Assembly: GCF_036321535.1 (NCBI RefSeq)
Contig: NC_087436.1
Span: 49,726,001-49,790,000 of the forward strand
DNA: 64,000 nt
Direction: 5' to 3'
Source: Camelus dromedarius
Taxonomy: Eukaryota
The notes below the pieces were generated by a model. It did not search any database and was not told the origin of the DNA. It worked only from the letters and a program-made list of their open reading frames with translations. This document shows, one piece after another, positions 1 through 12,372 of this stretch (within the stretch, counting starts at the first letter, position 1; each line of letters starts with the position of its first letter). The translations under genes were made by a program, and so were the position numbers.

Positions 1-1854
1 TTTGTTTTCTCCCATTAATAACCAGATCTGGGCTTCTCCTCTCTAATCCCTACCCATAAATATGAAGCACAAGCAAGCATTTTAAATGAATGATGCTGAA
101 AGTTTCCTGTTCTCAGTTTTAAAAAGCAGATGAGACACATGTTCTATATGTGTCTCTTACCGAAAGGCTCCCAACCCCCAGCCTTTTTTTTTTTTTTTTA
201 TTTTAACAGATGAGAACCTTTTAATAAAATGAACAGGAAAAAGAAGGAGAACCAGGAGGAGGAGAATGGAAATTTCAGACCATCTCCCTTACCCCATTTG
301 CTCCATTTTGCCTCTCAAATAGGTTTTATGATGAATTGGCATTTTAAAACAAACACCCTATTACTCTGATGAGAGGAGGAGAACACACTGACATGGGACT
401 TGAAGCAAAATGTAGATTTAGATGGAAATGAATTTTGATGATGCTATAGTAACTGTCTTGTTCTTTGAACATTCTTTTCAGGGAAGAAAGAAAATAAAAT
501 AAAGAAAATAAAAAAAACCCTTTTCTTTCTTTCCTCCTTCATTTCTTGCTTCCTTCCTTCTTGTTCTGTCCCTGTCTTTCTCCCTCTCCATCCTTTCCTC
601 CCTTCCTTTCTTCTTCTTCTTTTTTTCTTTTATCTTATATCTTTGCATACTGAGTACGTGTCAAGACTCTGCTAGGTGCTGGTGAAAAGTAACGACATGG
701 CCTGTGCCCTCAAAAGACCGTATAGTACAGTTGGAAAGATTGACAAGTCAATTCCTTATTTAAGTGCCCTCCAGTAGGAGTTTATGAAAGGTCTGTTACA
801 AGAGAGATGCCTAACCTAGACTTGGCTGAGTCGTCTAAGCAGAAATCTGAAGATTGATTAAGCGTTAGTTAGGTAAATAGAGATGTGAGTTATCTCAGGG
901 CATTGGAGTATTAGGAACAAGGCTGCAGAGCAAAGAGAGAACACAGGACTTTCAAGACGTCTTCTTCCTGTCACCTCTCCCCCACCTAATTATGGAAAAT
1001 CTTATGAATTCTAGGTTGTGTGTGTATGTGTGTGTGTACATGTCTTTCTGTTTGGAAGATAATAAAAAGAATTGTACTTGTCTAGAGAATGTAGGATTGT
1101 CTGAGAATTCTGCTTAGAAATTTCTGAAGAGGAGAAAGGCATATATATGGGTACTACAATAAAAGCTGCTGTTTCCTGGGTGCTTTAAGTTGTGACAATC
1201 ACTGTGCTAAATGACTTACTGTGATTTTAACTTAGAAATGTATTACTACTCTACTACTAGTACTACTACTACTGTTATTATTTGGTTTATAAGTGGAGAA
1301 GTTAAAGCTTTGAAGGTTTAAGCAACTTGTCCAAGGTGCCACAGAGGCAAATTCAACTGTTTGATTTGATAATTCACCCTTTTAATATCTTATACCACTT
1401 TGTGATGATAACAGAAAATAAAGATCTAAAAGAGCAAAAACTAAGACACAACAAAACACACTTAGGAGAAGGAGCAGCCCCAGGAGCACCTCCCCGGTAC
1501 CCGCTGCATGTAGGGCCCCACGCAGGGTACTTCGGCAAATATGTGAAATTATATTTCTTATGGAATTCTAATATAGTTATTATTCTTATATACTTGTTTC
1601 TTATATAATTATATAATTATTTTATTTATATGTATTATATTTATTTATTTTATATTATTTTATTTTTATATAATAATGGTCTTATTTCTAATATTTTGCC
1701 GTTTAGAATTTGGAGATGAGAAATATGTGTATAAAATAATTCATAATCCTGAGGAGCAATGATCATAAATCACATTTGAATTGTGATTGGCAATTTCCAA
1801 AATCATTTTCACGTAAGTATACTGTTTGAGTTTTACAAAAGTATGTAAGATGGC

Positions 1855-2340
1855 TGTATCAGTTAGTTTTGGCTGAAACCCAGGCTCTGTGACACCCCCT
1901 CAAAGTCAGTGGCTTGTAACTACAAATATGTTTCTCTTGACCTTTGATCTGCTGGCTGATTTTGGTTCTAAGATCTTGTCTGGACTTGCCCAGCTCTGAA
2001 CGGGCCTTACTGAACTCCAGGCTTCCAGTTAGTTTTGGTTCTGTTTCATATGTCTTCACTCTGAAGCCCAGGACAAAGAAGTTGTGGCTTCTAGGAGCAT
2101 ATTAAACTCAGAGTTGAGCACAGGAGCACACAGGAAGGCAAACCAAACCATGGAAGCACATTTAAAACATCTGCTCATGTCATGTCTCTTAACCTTCCAT
2201 CAGTCAAATCAAGTCGCATGGCCAAGGCCAACATCAATGGAAAGAGGAAGTGTATTCCATCCACAGTGGAAGGCAATGCAAAATTACAGGGCAAATGATG
2301 TGGATGTATCATCCTACTACAGGGAGGAAAAAAATGAGAA
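1855..2340 (-). mobile_element. MaLR (MLT1-type) solo LTR, decayed
   Basis: Starts tgtatcagttag (reverse complement of the MLT1 end ...ctaactgataca). Contains typical MLT1 segments ctcaaagtcagtggcttgtaac and caagtcgcatggccaaggccaacatcaatgg. Confidence 0.65.
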
Positions 2341-3611
2341 CAATTATCCTATTTCCAAATGAGGACAGACTCCCAAGAAGTTTAAGTGGCCTGCTCCTGA
2401 CCACACAGTTAGTAAGAAGAGGAGCTGGGAGTCGAGTCTGTCTTAGGATTCTGACTTGCGTTTGCTTTGCTATGACACAAAGTGCTCTTAGAAGGGAAAG
2501 TGATTGCTTAAGGCCAGGGAGTCTGAAAACTTTTGGGGAAAGTGAGATTTGATATGGATGTGGAAAGATATGTAGATAGTAATAAGTTAATTGTACATTA
2601 TGGTTTACCTGAAACAGTCCTGAGTCATCACTCCTAAGATGAGTGATGTGTGAAAGGTGGCGTGATATTGTGGATGTCTCCCTGCACATGTAACTTCTCT
2701 CAAGTCTCCTGCTTCTTTCTTATACGTATTCTTGAGCTTCAGCTCTGACCCTTTTGTCAGTGCAGACCTTCCCACTCCCTGCATGCTGTCACAAATACAA
2801 GGCAAGAAGTACAGCATGGTGGAAAGAAGTCAGGGGTGATAAATCTGACCGGGGTTCTGGCTTCAGGTTTTTTACTTCGGGTGAATTTTGATCTTCTGAG
2901 TCATAGTTTTCCCATCCATAAGATAAAAAGGTTGAGTTAGATAATCTCTAAGAACCAAAGCCAGACCAAGCCTTGGCATCTCTCATTGCCAAATGATTTG
3001 GCAGTCCTTCAAATTGATAATCTTCAAATAATTGTTCACCGTGTATTTAGTACAGCCAAGGTCAGTAAGGTCAATGCTGCAAGGATTTATTTTCTCCACT
3101 TGAGGTCCCTGTCTCCACTGACAGCAATGAGGTTAATTTATATTTGCCCAGTTACATGAGGATTCCCTCACTTTTGTTAACTGGCCCTCTATTTCTTGTG
3201 AATTCTTGCCCTATTACAGCACCTTTATAAATCAGGGCTCAAGAGCACCCCTTAACAGAGCTCTGGGAAGGACTCTTGGATTCTCTGTCATCTGCATGTG
3301 CTTCGTTTAACCAGTGATGCCCTGTCCTGCCTCTGCCCTCCTGCCTGGAATATCTTCACTCTTCCTCTCCTCTCTTTATCCAAATGGTCTAATGTTGTAT
3401 TCCTCTATGGACAACTTTCCTCCAACCTCTCAATGGAAGGAGGTATTCTCAACCCTGTGTTTCCATGTGCTTTTTCATACCTCTTTGCAAAATTTACTTT
3501 ATTGCTGTAAGTTATTTGTTTATCTATCTTTGTTAATAAACTGTGAACCAGGGGAGGTTAAAATCTCTGTGTTTGGTTTTGTGTCTCATGTCCCTAGTTT
3601 TTAGAGCCTTT

Positions 3612-4700
3612 ATCAGTCAGTTAGTGCTAAAATAATGCTGCACTGCAGAGCAAACCACCTCAAAACTCAATGGCTGTAATAATAAATATTTATCTTTTCA
3701 TTCATGCATCTGTGGATCAGCTGGGAGGGTGCTGCTTTAATCTGCACATCTGAGAGTTGGCTGGGGCATCTCTTACCATCCATATTGTTTAAGTTTTTTT
3801 CAATGCTTAAATTGAAATTTAAATACTTAAATTTTTTTAATATTTTAAAAATATTAAATATTTAATATTTTAATATTAAAATACTTTCCAGGTTTACTGA
3901 GATACATTTGAAATAATATTGTGTAGATTTAGGGTGTACAATGCACCAGTTTGATATACTTATATGTTGGGAAGTGATTACCACCATAGCATTAGCATCA
4001 CATCACATGATTACCATTTCTTTTAGGTGGTGAGAACATTTAAGATATATTTTCTTAGCAGCTTTCAAATATATAATACAGTGGTATTAACTGGAATCAC
4101 TATGCTGTACATTACATTCCTAGAACTTATAGCTGAAAATTTATATCCTTTGACCAACATCTCCCCACTTCTCCCCACTTCCAGCCTCTGGTAACCACCC
4201 TTATAGTCTCTATTTCTATGAATTTAGCCTTTTTATATTCCACATATAAGTGATATCACACAATATTTGCCTTTCTACGTGTGACTTATCTTAGCATAAT
4301 GTGGTCACAATCCATCCATTCCATCTATGTTCTCACAAACGACAGGATGACCTTTCTCATTGCTGAATAATACTCATATATGTAGTTCATATGTGTGTGT
4401 CTACACACCCACACACCCACACCCACCCCTACATACCACCCAATATCTCTTCAGAGGCCCATTGGGTGGAGAGACAGTGGCTATTCTTTTCACGGCAATG
4501 GCAGAAGAACAAGCACTATTCAAGGCCGTACCTAAATCATGAGCACTGTGTCTCCTTGCCCAAAGCAAGAAACATGGCCAACTCCAAAGTCATAAAAATA
4601 TACTCTTCTCACCATTAGGCTGTGAAAAGGATCAAGATGCATAATATACTATGATGATGTGAAGACTTCAGACCACAAATTCAGTCTACTATGGTATTTG
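3612..4700 (-). mobile_element. MLT1-type LTR split by an L1 insertion (pieces ~3612-3780 and ~4440-4700)
   Basis: tatcagtcag...aaaccacctcaaaactcaatggc on the left. caaagcaagaaacatggccaactccaaagtca resumes after the L1. Confidence 0.5.
3885..4390 (-). mobile_element. Old L1 (L1MA9-like) 3' end
   Basis: Reverse-strand L1 3' UTR motifs: ggtgtacaatg, gtggtgagaacatttaagat, cctctggtaaccacc, tattccacatataagtgatatca. Similar to the 3' end at 40.8-41.2 kb. Confidence 0.8.
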
Positions 4701-4859
4701 ACGGTATGTTTGTTGTTGAATGTTGTTGAATGAATGCATTTGCATGAGTTCATTTCAAAATCGCAGGTGGTTCAACAAGGATATACTTAAATGTAGGAAA
4801 CGATCAGGGCAAAGTGCTAATCTGAGCTGCAAGTTGAGCTACTGTCTGTGGCTGCTCGT

Positions 4860-5900
4860 TTTTTAGCAAAATTGAAGCCACATGACATCACTCAGCCATG
4901 CTGAGTGGCACCACGAGGTCCTGGAAAACTACAGTGTGCAGTGATTCATTCCTTAATCTAGACCTAAGCGCAGGTATAAGAGCAGCCTTTTTCATACCCT
5001 GAGAGCAACTGTCTATAAGGCAGAAAAGGAAAGAAGATGTGATTCCTGATTCCTGTAAAAAGCCCTGACACTGAGTACAGGAAGTGATTCCTCTTTATTA
5101 CTGCTATGCTCTTTGGTTTCCTGAGATGCCCCCCACCCCGCCCCCAGCCACCGCCCCGGCACAGATTTTCATTGGGATTAATGAGCAAGAAGTGATTCTT
5201 CTCTTTATTAAAGAAAACCAGATACCTATCTTAACAAGCCCATAATTATTTTTATTCTAAAATGGGAGGGAAGATGTCAGGTCAGTTAAGTAACCATGAG
5301 TTTGGATGCAGGGATAACCTCGGATAAAGGGGAGCGTCTTAATGAGATAAAATGGCCATGGAGGGCTTTTATATTTTACATGTTTACAGAAAGACCACGA
5401 GAACCTCCCGAGCTGGGAACCCTGTGACAGCCCGCTGAGAATTAAAGTCCTATGTGAGCTTTTCAGAAAGCCGGGGTTCCAAGGGAAAGGGAGCGGAGGG
5501 AGCAGAGAGGCTGCAGAGCCCAGGCGGTTCATCGGAAGGGAGCCGCCGGCCAGGAGGTCAGCTACCACAAGAGCCTGGGTCTCGCTGCAACGGGGGAGCC
5601 CCCGACGCGCTCGCGTCCCAGCTGCTCTGCCGAGTGGTGTGGGGCCGCAGCACCAGCCTCCGCCAGAAGCCAAAGGAGGGTCGCGCAGGGAAGAGCACTG
5701 TTTTTCCAGCTAATAGAAGGAGGTCAGAAGCCTCGACTTGGCGAGTGCAGAGAGGCTGCCTCAGAGACCCCATAGTTCTGGGATCCAGGCCTGTAACAGC
5801 CCGAGTTTAGAGAGAAGGGACAACAGAGAAGGCTGGGGTGGGGTTTGCCACCTTATAACCTGTGTCACTCCGAGTGATGGGAGACACATGAGTGATTTTT
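4860..5900. promoter_or_regulatory. CpG-rich promoter/enhancer-like island 1
   Basis: Unique sequence with CpG concentrated at ~5400-5810. Motifs: GC box ccccgcccc 5136-5144, ETS caggaagt 5078-5085, CRE/AP-1-like tgacatca 4883-4890, YY1-like aaaatggcc ~5349. Function is inferred from motifs only. Confidence 0.55.
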
Positions 5901-7034
5901 CCTTCCCTGTATGTGGTAGGTAGGTCAATCTGCAAAAGTCAGGAACCAAGTGAGAAATGTAGAGCCAAAAAAAAAAAAAAAAAAAAAAAAAAGGGAAGGT
6001 GGGAGGAACCCCAAACATAAGTTTCCTTGTCTTCCTTTGGAACTTTCTTTTTCCTTTCTTATTTGTCAATTAAAAAAAATAGCCATAGTGCTTCTTCCCT
6101 TTCCCTTAGGACTTTGTGAAAAGTGATGTATAAAGTATTGCAGAGCACTCGGAAGGAGTGAAGCCCTTAATAACATTCCAAACCAAGCCAGGCAAGGCAA
6201 GTTTGCTGAGCGTTGTGGGGAATTTCTTTAGGTTTTCAAGTCCCAGTGAGAATGTGTAAAACCCGATACTTTTTCTTTTACGAGAACTTTAAGTTAGAAT
6301 GTGCATAAATAAGTAAAGTAAGGCTATTTGACTTTTTCCAGATCCGTCTGGAATAGGAACTCAAAAGTTCACCTACACACATTTTTATACCATTACCTGC
6401 ACCTGTCTCTCAGTCTCTATTTTTAAGTGTTTACTCTCAGAGGGAAAATAACAAAAACAAAAACAATAAAAAGTCAAAAGCTAAACTGCCTGAACAAACC
6501 TGTACCCATATTAAATCTACTTATCTTTGCTTGCATTCATTTGTTAAAATAAACAGAAAAGAAAAGACAGGAAAGTTGGGTAAGGATCAGATAGTCAGTC
6601 AGCGTACACGTTCTGGAAACCCTGTCTGTTCAGGGCTGTTGTAGGCACCCTGGACCTGGCTCAAGTGCAAAGTGAGACTCATCTTTACAGAGCTGACAAC
6701 TCAGTGGTAAAGACAGAATGACCTACAAGTAGATGAAATGAAAAAAACAAAAACATGGTGTGGTACGGACATGTGTGTGTGTGTAGATAAGCAAGTTTCT
6801 GACATAAGACAGATGTTATAACTTTTACTCTTTTCTAACAGTTAGAGTAGCATAAAGTGAAAGACAAGAGATTCCCATATCAGGAAACTCTCCCCAAAGC
6901 CATTTGAGCTAAGATATTTGAAATAAGGATGGCCTAGATTATGGAGATGGTGATATGTGTTTGGGAACGATGGAAACAGAAACACTGTATCAAAACAAAA
7001 ATTGATGAGATTTGCTAGATGACAGTCATTTTTA

Positions 7035-7179
7035 TTCATTTATTTTTAAATATTTTGGTGGGGAGGAGGTAATTAGGTTTATTTATTTATTTATTTTAAA
7101 GGAGGTACTGGAGATTGAACCCAGGACCTCATGCATCCTAAGCACACACTCTACCACTGAGATATATGTTCCCCCACCC
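7035..7179 (-). mobile_element. tRNA-derived SINE (camelid vic-1-like) with perfect 16-bp TSD
   Basis: Minus strand has A box (tctcagtggtagag), B box (ggttcaatc) and an AATAAA-rich tail. TSD atgacagtcattttta at 7019-7034 and 7180-7195. Confidence 0.9.
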
Positions 7180-10100
7180 ATGACAGTCATTTTTAACAGT
7201 GACCAGGCTTCAGCTGTGTGATGCTTTCTCAAATCAATACAAAAGAAGGTCTAAGGAGAATTTCGTAACTGCCTTGCCAGACCTCTTAAAATGCCCAAAG
7301 AGGAAGTATGCCAACTAAGAAAAATTGGCCTAAATAATTTTCAACTAGGCATTCCTCTTTACCTAAAATTTGTTAACTGCTCCAATATATGGAAACACAC
7401 AGTGAGAAAGAAGTGTTAGAAATAAAACTTAAAGCGGTTTTTAAACCCAGACTCCTGCCTCTCCAGCCTTGTTTTGCCTCATTTGCACGCCTTGCCCTCC
7501 CTGATTTCTCTGGGTCATGTAAATGTCTTGTTTTATCAACATCCCCCAAACCTGTGCATCTTCGCATTTGTGCCCTTCCATTTTTGCTATGCAAGGTTTT
7601 ATACCTGGAACTCTCCGCACAACCACAACTGACTCCCACGTTCTGTTCTTCAAGAACCAGCCTAGATGACAACCGCTCTATGAATCTCTTTCTGGTGCCT
7701 TCTTTCCACTCATTCTTCTGGAAAGAAGCAAACAGGCCCTCTTTTGGGGTCCCCCAGTACTCTGAACATATTTCTATTATATCAATTTCCAGATTGTTAT
7801 AAGTCTATACAATTAGCTATGTACATAGTTTTGCCTGCTCCTTGATTTCTTGAATTGACTTGAATTCTTTGAGCGCAGACGTCCTGTTTTTTTCCAGATT
7901 TGTGTTCTCAAAGCATAGTATAGAGTCTGACAGTTAGCTGGGATTCAATAAAGGACTGAAATATAAAGAACATATTTTAAAATGAGACATTGTAATCTAG
8001 AGAGAAAAAAAGAGAGGTCATCTCATATTAGTATTCATACCAGTTTTGAAATTCAGTTTCTATTTTAATCTCTCTTCTTTGAAACTTCAAGCTAAAAAAT
8101 AGAATCTTTCTAGGTCATAGGACTGGCAGAGTGGCTGTGAGTGCCTTGATGTTTTCTGGAAGAAAGTTCGCAGACATGTGCCTGTAAAAACACTGAGGAA
8201 AAGGTACAGGAAGATGATATTTTCATTAAGTGAATGATAAAACATAAATCTGTATACATAATATGTCAATGCATATACACATATGGAAAAATAAAAGCAC
8301 AAAACCAATTTCTACCAGAAAGAGCCTTTGCTTCAATAGTTAAGTTATCAATTAAGTTTAATTTACTCAGGGGACATCTAGATTATTCATAAGTCTGGCT
8401 TCCTCACCTTCTTCCTACTGCTGCCCAGATTTTGATAATTTCACTATTTCTTATTATACATCAGAATATAAATGATGTTAGGGGAAAAAATAGGAAAATT
8501 TGAAATTAGTTGATCTGTTTTTTCCAAGGACTTGATTTGGACACCTATTTGTGGATTTAAATTTATTGATCACTTCTGAAAAGTTTAAAATTGAGCACTT
8601 TTATTCTTCATATTGATTATAGACCTAGGTGTGCTAGAAATAACGCATCTCTTGCTTTTTTTTAGGTATTTTAAACTATTTCAAATTCAATTCCTGCTGG
8701 TCTGGTGGGGTGCTTAGTCCCCAGTAGCAATAACCTTAGGGCTTCATTGTGGATGTATTGAACTTCCAGGATCATATTCAGTGATAACATATGGGGGTTT
8801 TGTAGGGAAGCCTTCTGATCTTGTATGTGGTCTTATAGTTTGTCATGTGGACATCCATTTTCCCTGCCATGGGCCGTTAGTTGCAACTTCTGCTGTTTCT
8901 GTCCATGCTTGGGGAACAGGAATCTTGGTAGGGACTTGAGACCCCTGATCACTCACAACTGTTCCCACCTGCTGCTGCCTTCTGGGGTGCAGTCAGGGAG
9001 CCCCCTGCCCTCCTTCTGCCCTAGCCCAGCCAGGCCAATACACCTTTCTTGTCCCTCACCCTCCCAACACAGAGAATCCCTTTTTAGTTGGAAAGAATTC
9101 TTCCTCTTTTAAGTTTCTTAAAGACACTTGCCTCTAACTGTAACTCCCTTCCCTTCCTGGGCTTTAGGTGGGAGAAACAAAAGCCAAGAATTATTTTGCA
9201 GAAAGCTGCTCTAGCTGCTTTTCACTCTGCCACAAACATTCCTCGTTGCAATAAGCCAGACGTCTCACCTGTTTGAATCAGGAGAAAGAAAAGGTGAAAA
9301 TAGAAGGAAAGAAATTTGATCTCAAAGCAGTATCCAGCTACAAATAAATACAAGAGTTGCTAAGTGGAAGAATGTGTTTATCTTGTTCTCAGAATCACTC
9401 ACCACCGGTTGCAGACTCTCTCCACCACAACCTGTATTTCCCTGAAAATGCAGCAGTTTGGCTCCCGTGAAGAAATTAAGGAAACAAGGAACTGAAATTA
9501 TATCAATTCCATTACTTACATTTCTTTAAAATACAACCAATGAAGTGTGAAATTATATAATTATTATATGAATTTAGTTTGTTAATTAATATTTCCACTA
9601 ATAGTTAATTAGAAAGTTCTTGCTTGACAAATTTTTATGTTACTTTTCACTCCCTTAGGCAATATATATCTCTCACTATTGAGCATGTTTTTGGCCCAAA
9701 TTATGATGCTTGTCTTGGCAAATGGAGAGTTCTAAACCTAATGATCAATTTTTCATGACGATTGCTCCTCTCTGTCAGGAATATTGGGCTTTAGAAGGAA
9801 GTCACTTTTTTTTTTTTTTACATAAAGAAAATACATCAGAATTTTGATACCTAAAAGAAAGATTATAACGAAAGTATCCGCCTCTAAGAGGAACTCAGAA
9901 AAGTGGAAGTGATTTTATCATTTTACAGATAAGAAAACTAAGCATGAAGAAGGTGAAATAAATTTTTGTCATATAACTATTTGATGGGGAAAAAAAGCAA
10001 AACCCTTCTTATTTACTGACATCATTAACATTTTAAGCTTTATAAAGCACTTTCATATGCTGTGAATTTGCTATTTAAACTGCATAATTCTTTGAATTAT

Positions 10101-10501
10101 GCTTTATTTTATCCTCATTTATATATAAAGAAACAAAGTCAGTTACTAAATAAGAAGCTAAAACCTGCATGGCTAGAAAGAGCAACATAGGTCTCCGACT
10201 TCAAATACCATGTTATTTGCAGTAAACTATCAGGATTTTTCTAGATTATAGATTTTTACCAGACTATGTGATTGTCCATTTCAAATACTGTTATATAAAA
10301 TAAGAATTACTGGTTTAGACAATACCTACTTTGGTACCCTCATCTTCTACCACATCTACCCACGCACATCCTTCTTGGGCGGGACACATAGGACGGATGG
10401 CATGCTCATGTGTGACCGACCCAGGGTTATATATAATTATCAGTTGGCACACTATGACTCTGTCCTCTTCTGTTCCAATCAAGAAAACACCCAGAGGCGA
10501 C

Positions 10502-10665
10502 GGGGCGGGGGAGAAAGGTATAGCTCAGTGGTAGAGTATGTGCCTAGCATGCACAATGTCCTGGGTTCAATCCCTAGTACCTCCATTAAAAAATAAATAA
10601 ATAAACAATTAAAACTAATTATGCCCACAATGAAAATAAAAATAAAACAAGTAATTAAAAAGAAA
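10502..10665 (+). mobile_element. tRNA-derived SINE (vic-1-like)
   Basis: ggtatagctcagtggtagag...gtcctgggttcaatccctagtacctcc followed by an A-rich tail. Degenerate TSD aagaaa..acc.agag at ~10481 and ~10664. Confidence 0.9.
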
Positions 10666-10739
10666 GAAAGAACCTAGAGTGAGCCAAACTGTTTATAGTC
10701 CTCCAGACTCCCAAGTCTGCCCAACCTTTTGACACTGCA

Positions 10740-11333
10740 AGTAGTCAGGGTCCAACTACAAAGTTAGAGGGAAGATTCCACACAACCCTCCCTTCTGACG
10801 TCAACTGCAGTTCAGGGGTTTCCCCAAACTATTCTCAGATTTGGAATTCACTTGAAAAATTTACAGAACTGACTGGAACCTGTTGTTTTCACAGTTATGG
10901 CTTCTTAGGAAGGTACAAATTAGAACCAGCAAAGGAAGAGGAACAAATGCAAAGCATTTGTGGAGGGGTTACCCTCTGGCATCAATGTGCAATAATATGC
11001 AGAGAGTATATTGGCAACCTGGAAAGCTCGGTACCCAGTTTTTATCGGGACTTCATAATGTAAGCATGATTGTTTGATTGATTGCCCAAATAGTTAAACT
11101 TCATCTCTAACCACTCTCAATGCTCCAGAGATTGGGTGGCTATCACCTGACACAAGGGGTCTACCAGGAATCCCCTTGCTCACATGAATCTTTCAGACAC
11201 AGTCTGAGAAGCCTACCATGAATAACAAAGATACTACTATCACTCAGGAATAGAGTGATACAAGAATAGAGAGGTTACTTCCCAGGGGCCAGGGACAATG
11301 ACCAGACTTGGGAAAGGCCAAAATCTTTACCAC
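10740..11333 (-). mobile_element. MER21-like LTR
   Basis: Minus strand begins tgtggtaaaga...gtccctggcccctgg...ttcctgagtgatagtagtatctttgttattcat, matching the recalled MER21 5' end. Confidence 0.65.
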
Positions 11334-12119
11334 ACGGAAGAAATCAGAATGGAATAATGTACCAACATTATCTGAGGAAGAGCTTTGAATTCTAATTTAC
11401 TTTAGTAAGAGAGACAGTCACACACTTCAGCATGTTAATATTATTAGTCACAAGTTACTGATATTACACCTCACAGATGAGTGCCACCCAACATTTCAGC
11501 ATATCTCTGCAGTGCAGTGAGAGCTGCTACTCCAGTCACTCAAGAACTCATCACACTCCCTTTTCTTGGCACCCTTGCTCACGCTGGAATCTCTTCATTG
11601 GAAGCACTTCTCAGTGCCATAATCCGCATAAGAAAAACTCTTATTCTTCCACTCTTCAAGATGAGGTTCAATTGTCATCTCCTTTTGAGACCATGCCCAA
11701 GCTTCTCAGGCAGCACTGTCTTCTGTGAGCTGGGGGATACCAATACTGGCAAAGCTTGGTCCTCCTCTAAGAGCAAGCAGTCCAACTGTCCCTTGAAGAC
11801 TGTGAAAATATGAAGGCAAGTGCCATTTTGTATTCATATTTGTGTCTTCAGTCTCTGGCACAGTGACTATACTCAACTAATATTTGTTAAACTGACCTGT
11901 AATGTAAGCGGTCTTAATGTGGTAGGCATTAAATGACCATTACAGATTCTTGAAGGGCAGACTGACACGATGAAAATGAAGTTTAGGGAGATCCATCTGA
12001 CACAGTATGCAAGGTGGGCTGTAAGAGAACAGGACTACAGGAAGGTCAACAAGCTAGGAGGCTCTTGCAGATATCTGAGATCATAGTCGTAACCAATGAC
12101 ATTTCAAAGGAAGATCTCT

Positions 12120-12372
12120 ACCTGACTTGTGCAAATGGACAAAACTAATTCAGTAAATCAGTAATGTCAATCACTGGCAAAAGTTTCTCCTCCTCCATGT
12201 GGGGCATAGTTTCAGGATGTGGTAGCTTCGGTTTGACCAAACACCATTCTCTGAATAAAGAGACAGCTATGAGTTGTTAGCTAATGCTCACAGCAGCTAT
12301 AAGATGATATCATATCTGGGATGGGAGCAATAGCTAGTAAGGAAGAGTGGGTCACCAACAGCATTTACTATT
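12120..12372 (-). mobile_element. Partial 3' LTR of the ERV-L relic (LTR16-like)
   Basis: Follows a polypurine tract (aagaggggga on minus, 12374-12383). The start tagtaaatgctgttggtgaccca...agctgctgtgagcattagct resembles LTR16. Confidence 0.55.

Noticed and set aside
184..215. Splice acceptors at poly-T tracts (also ~8665 and ~63358)
   Set aside because: No convincing paired donor or open coding exon. Such tracts are common by chance.
5257..5810. 138-aa and 118-aa ORFs as genes
   Set aside because: Stop-poor GC-rich sequence, non-ATG starts, no recognisable domain.
10516..10585. tRNA gene (A and B boxes present; also at ~7.1 and ~31.0 kb)
   Set aside because: A-rich tails, TSDs and three diverged copies identify these as SINE heads.
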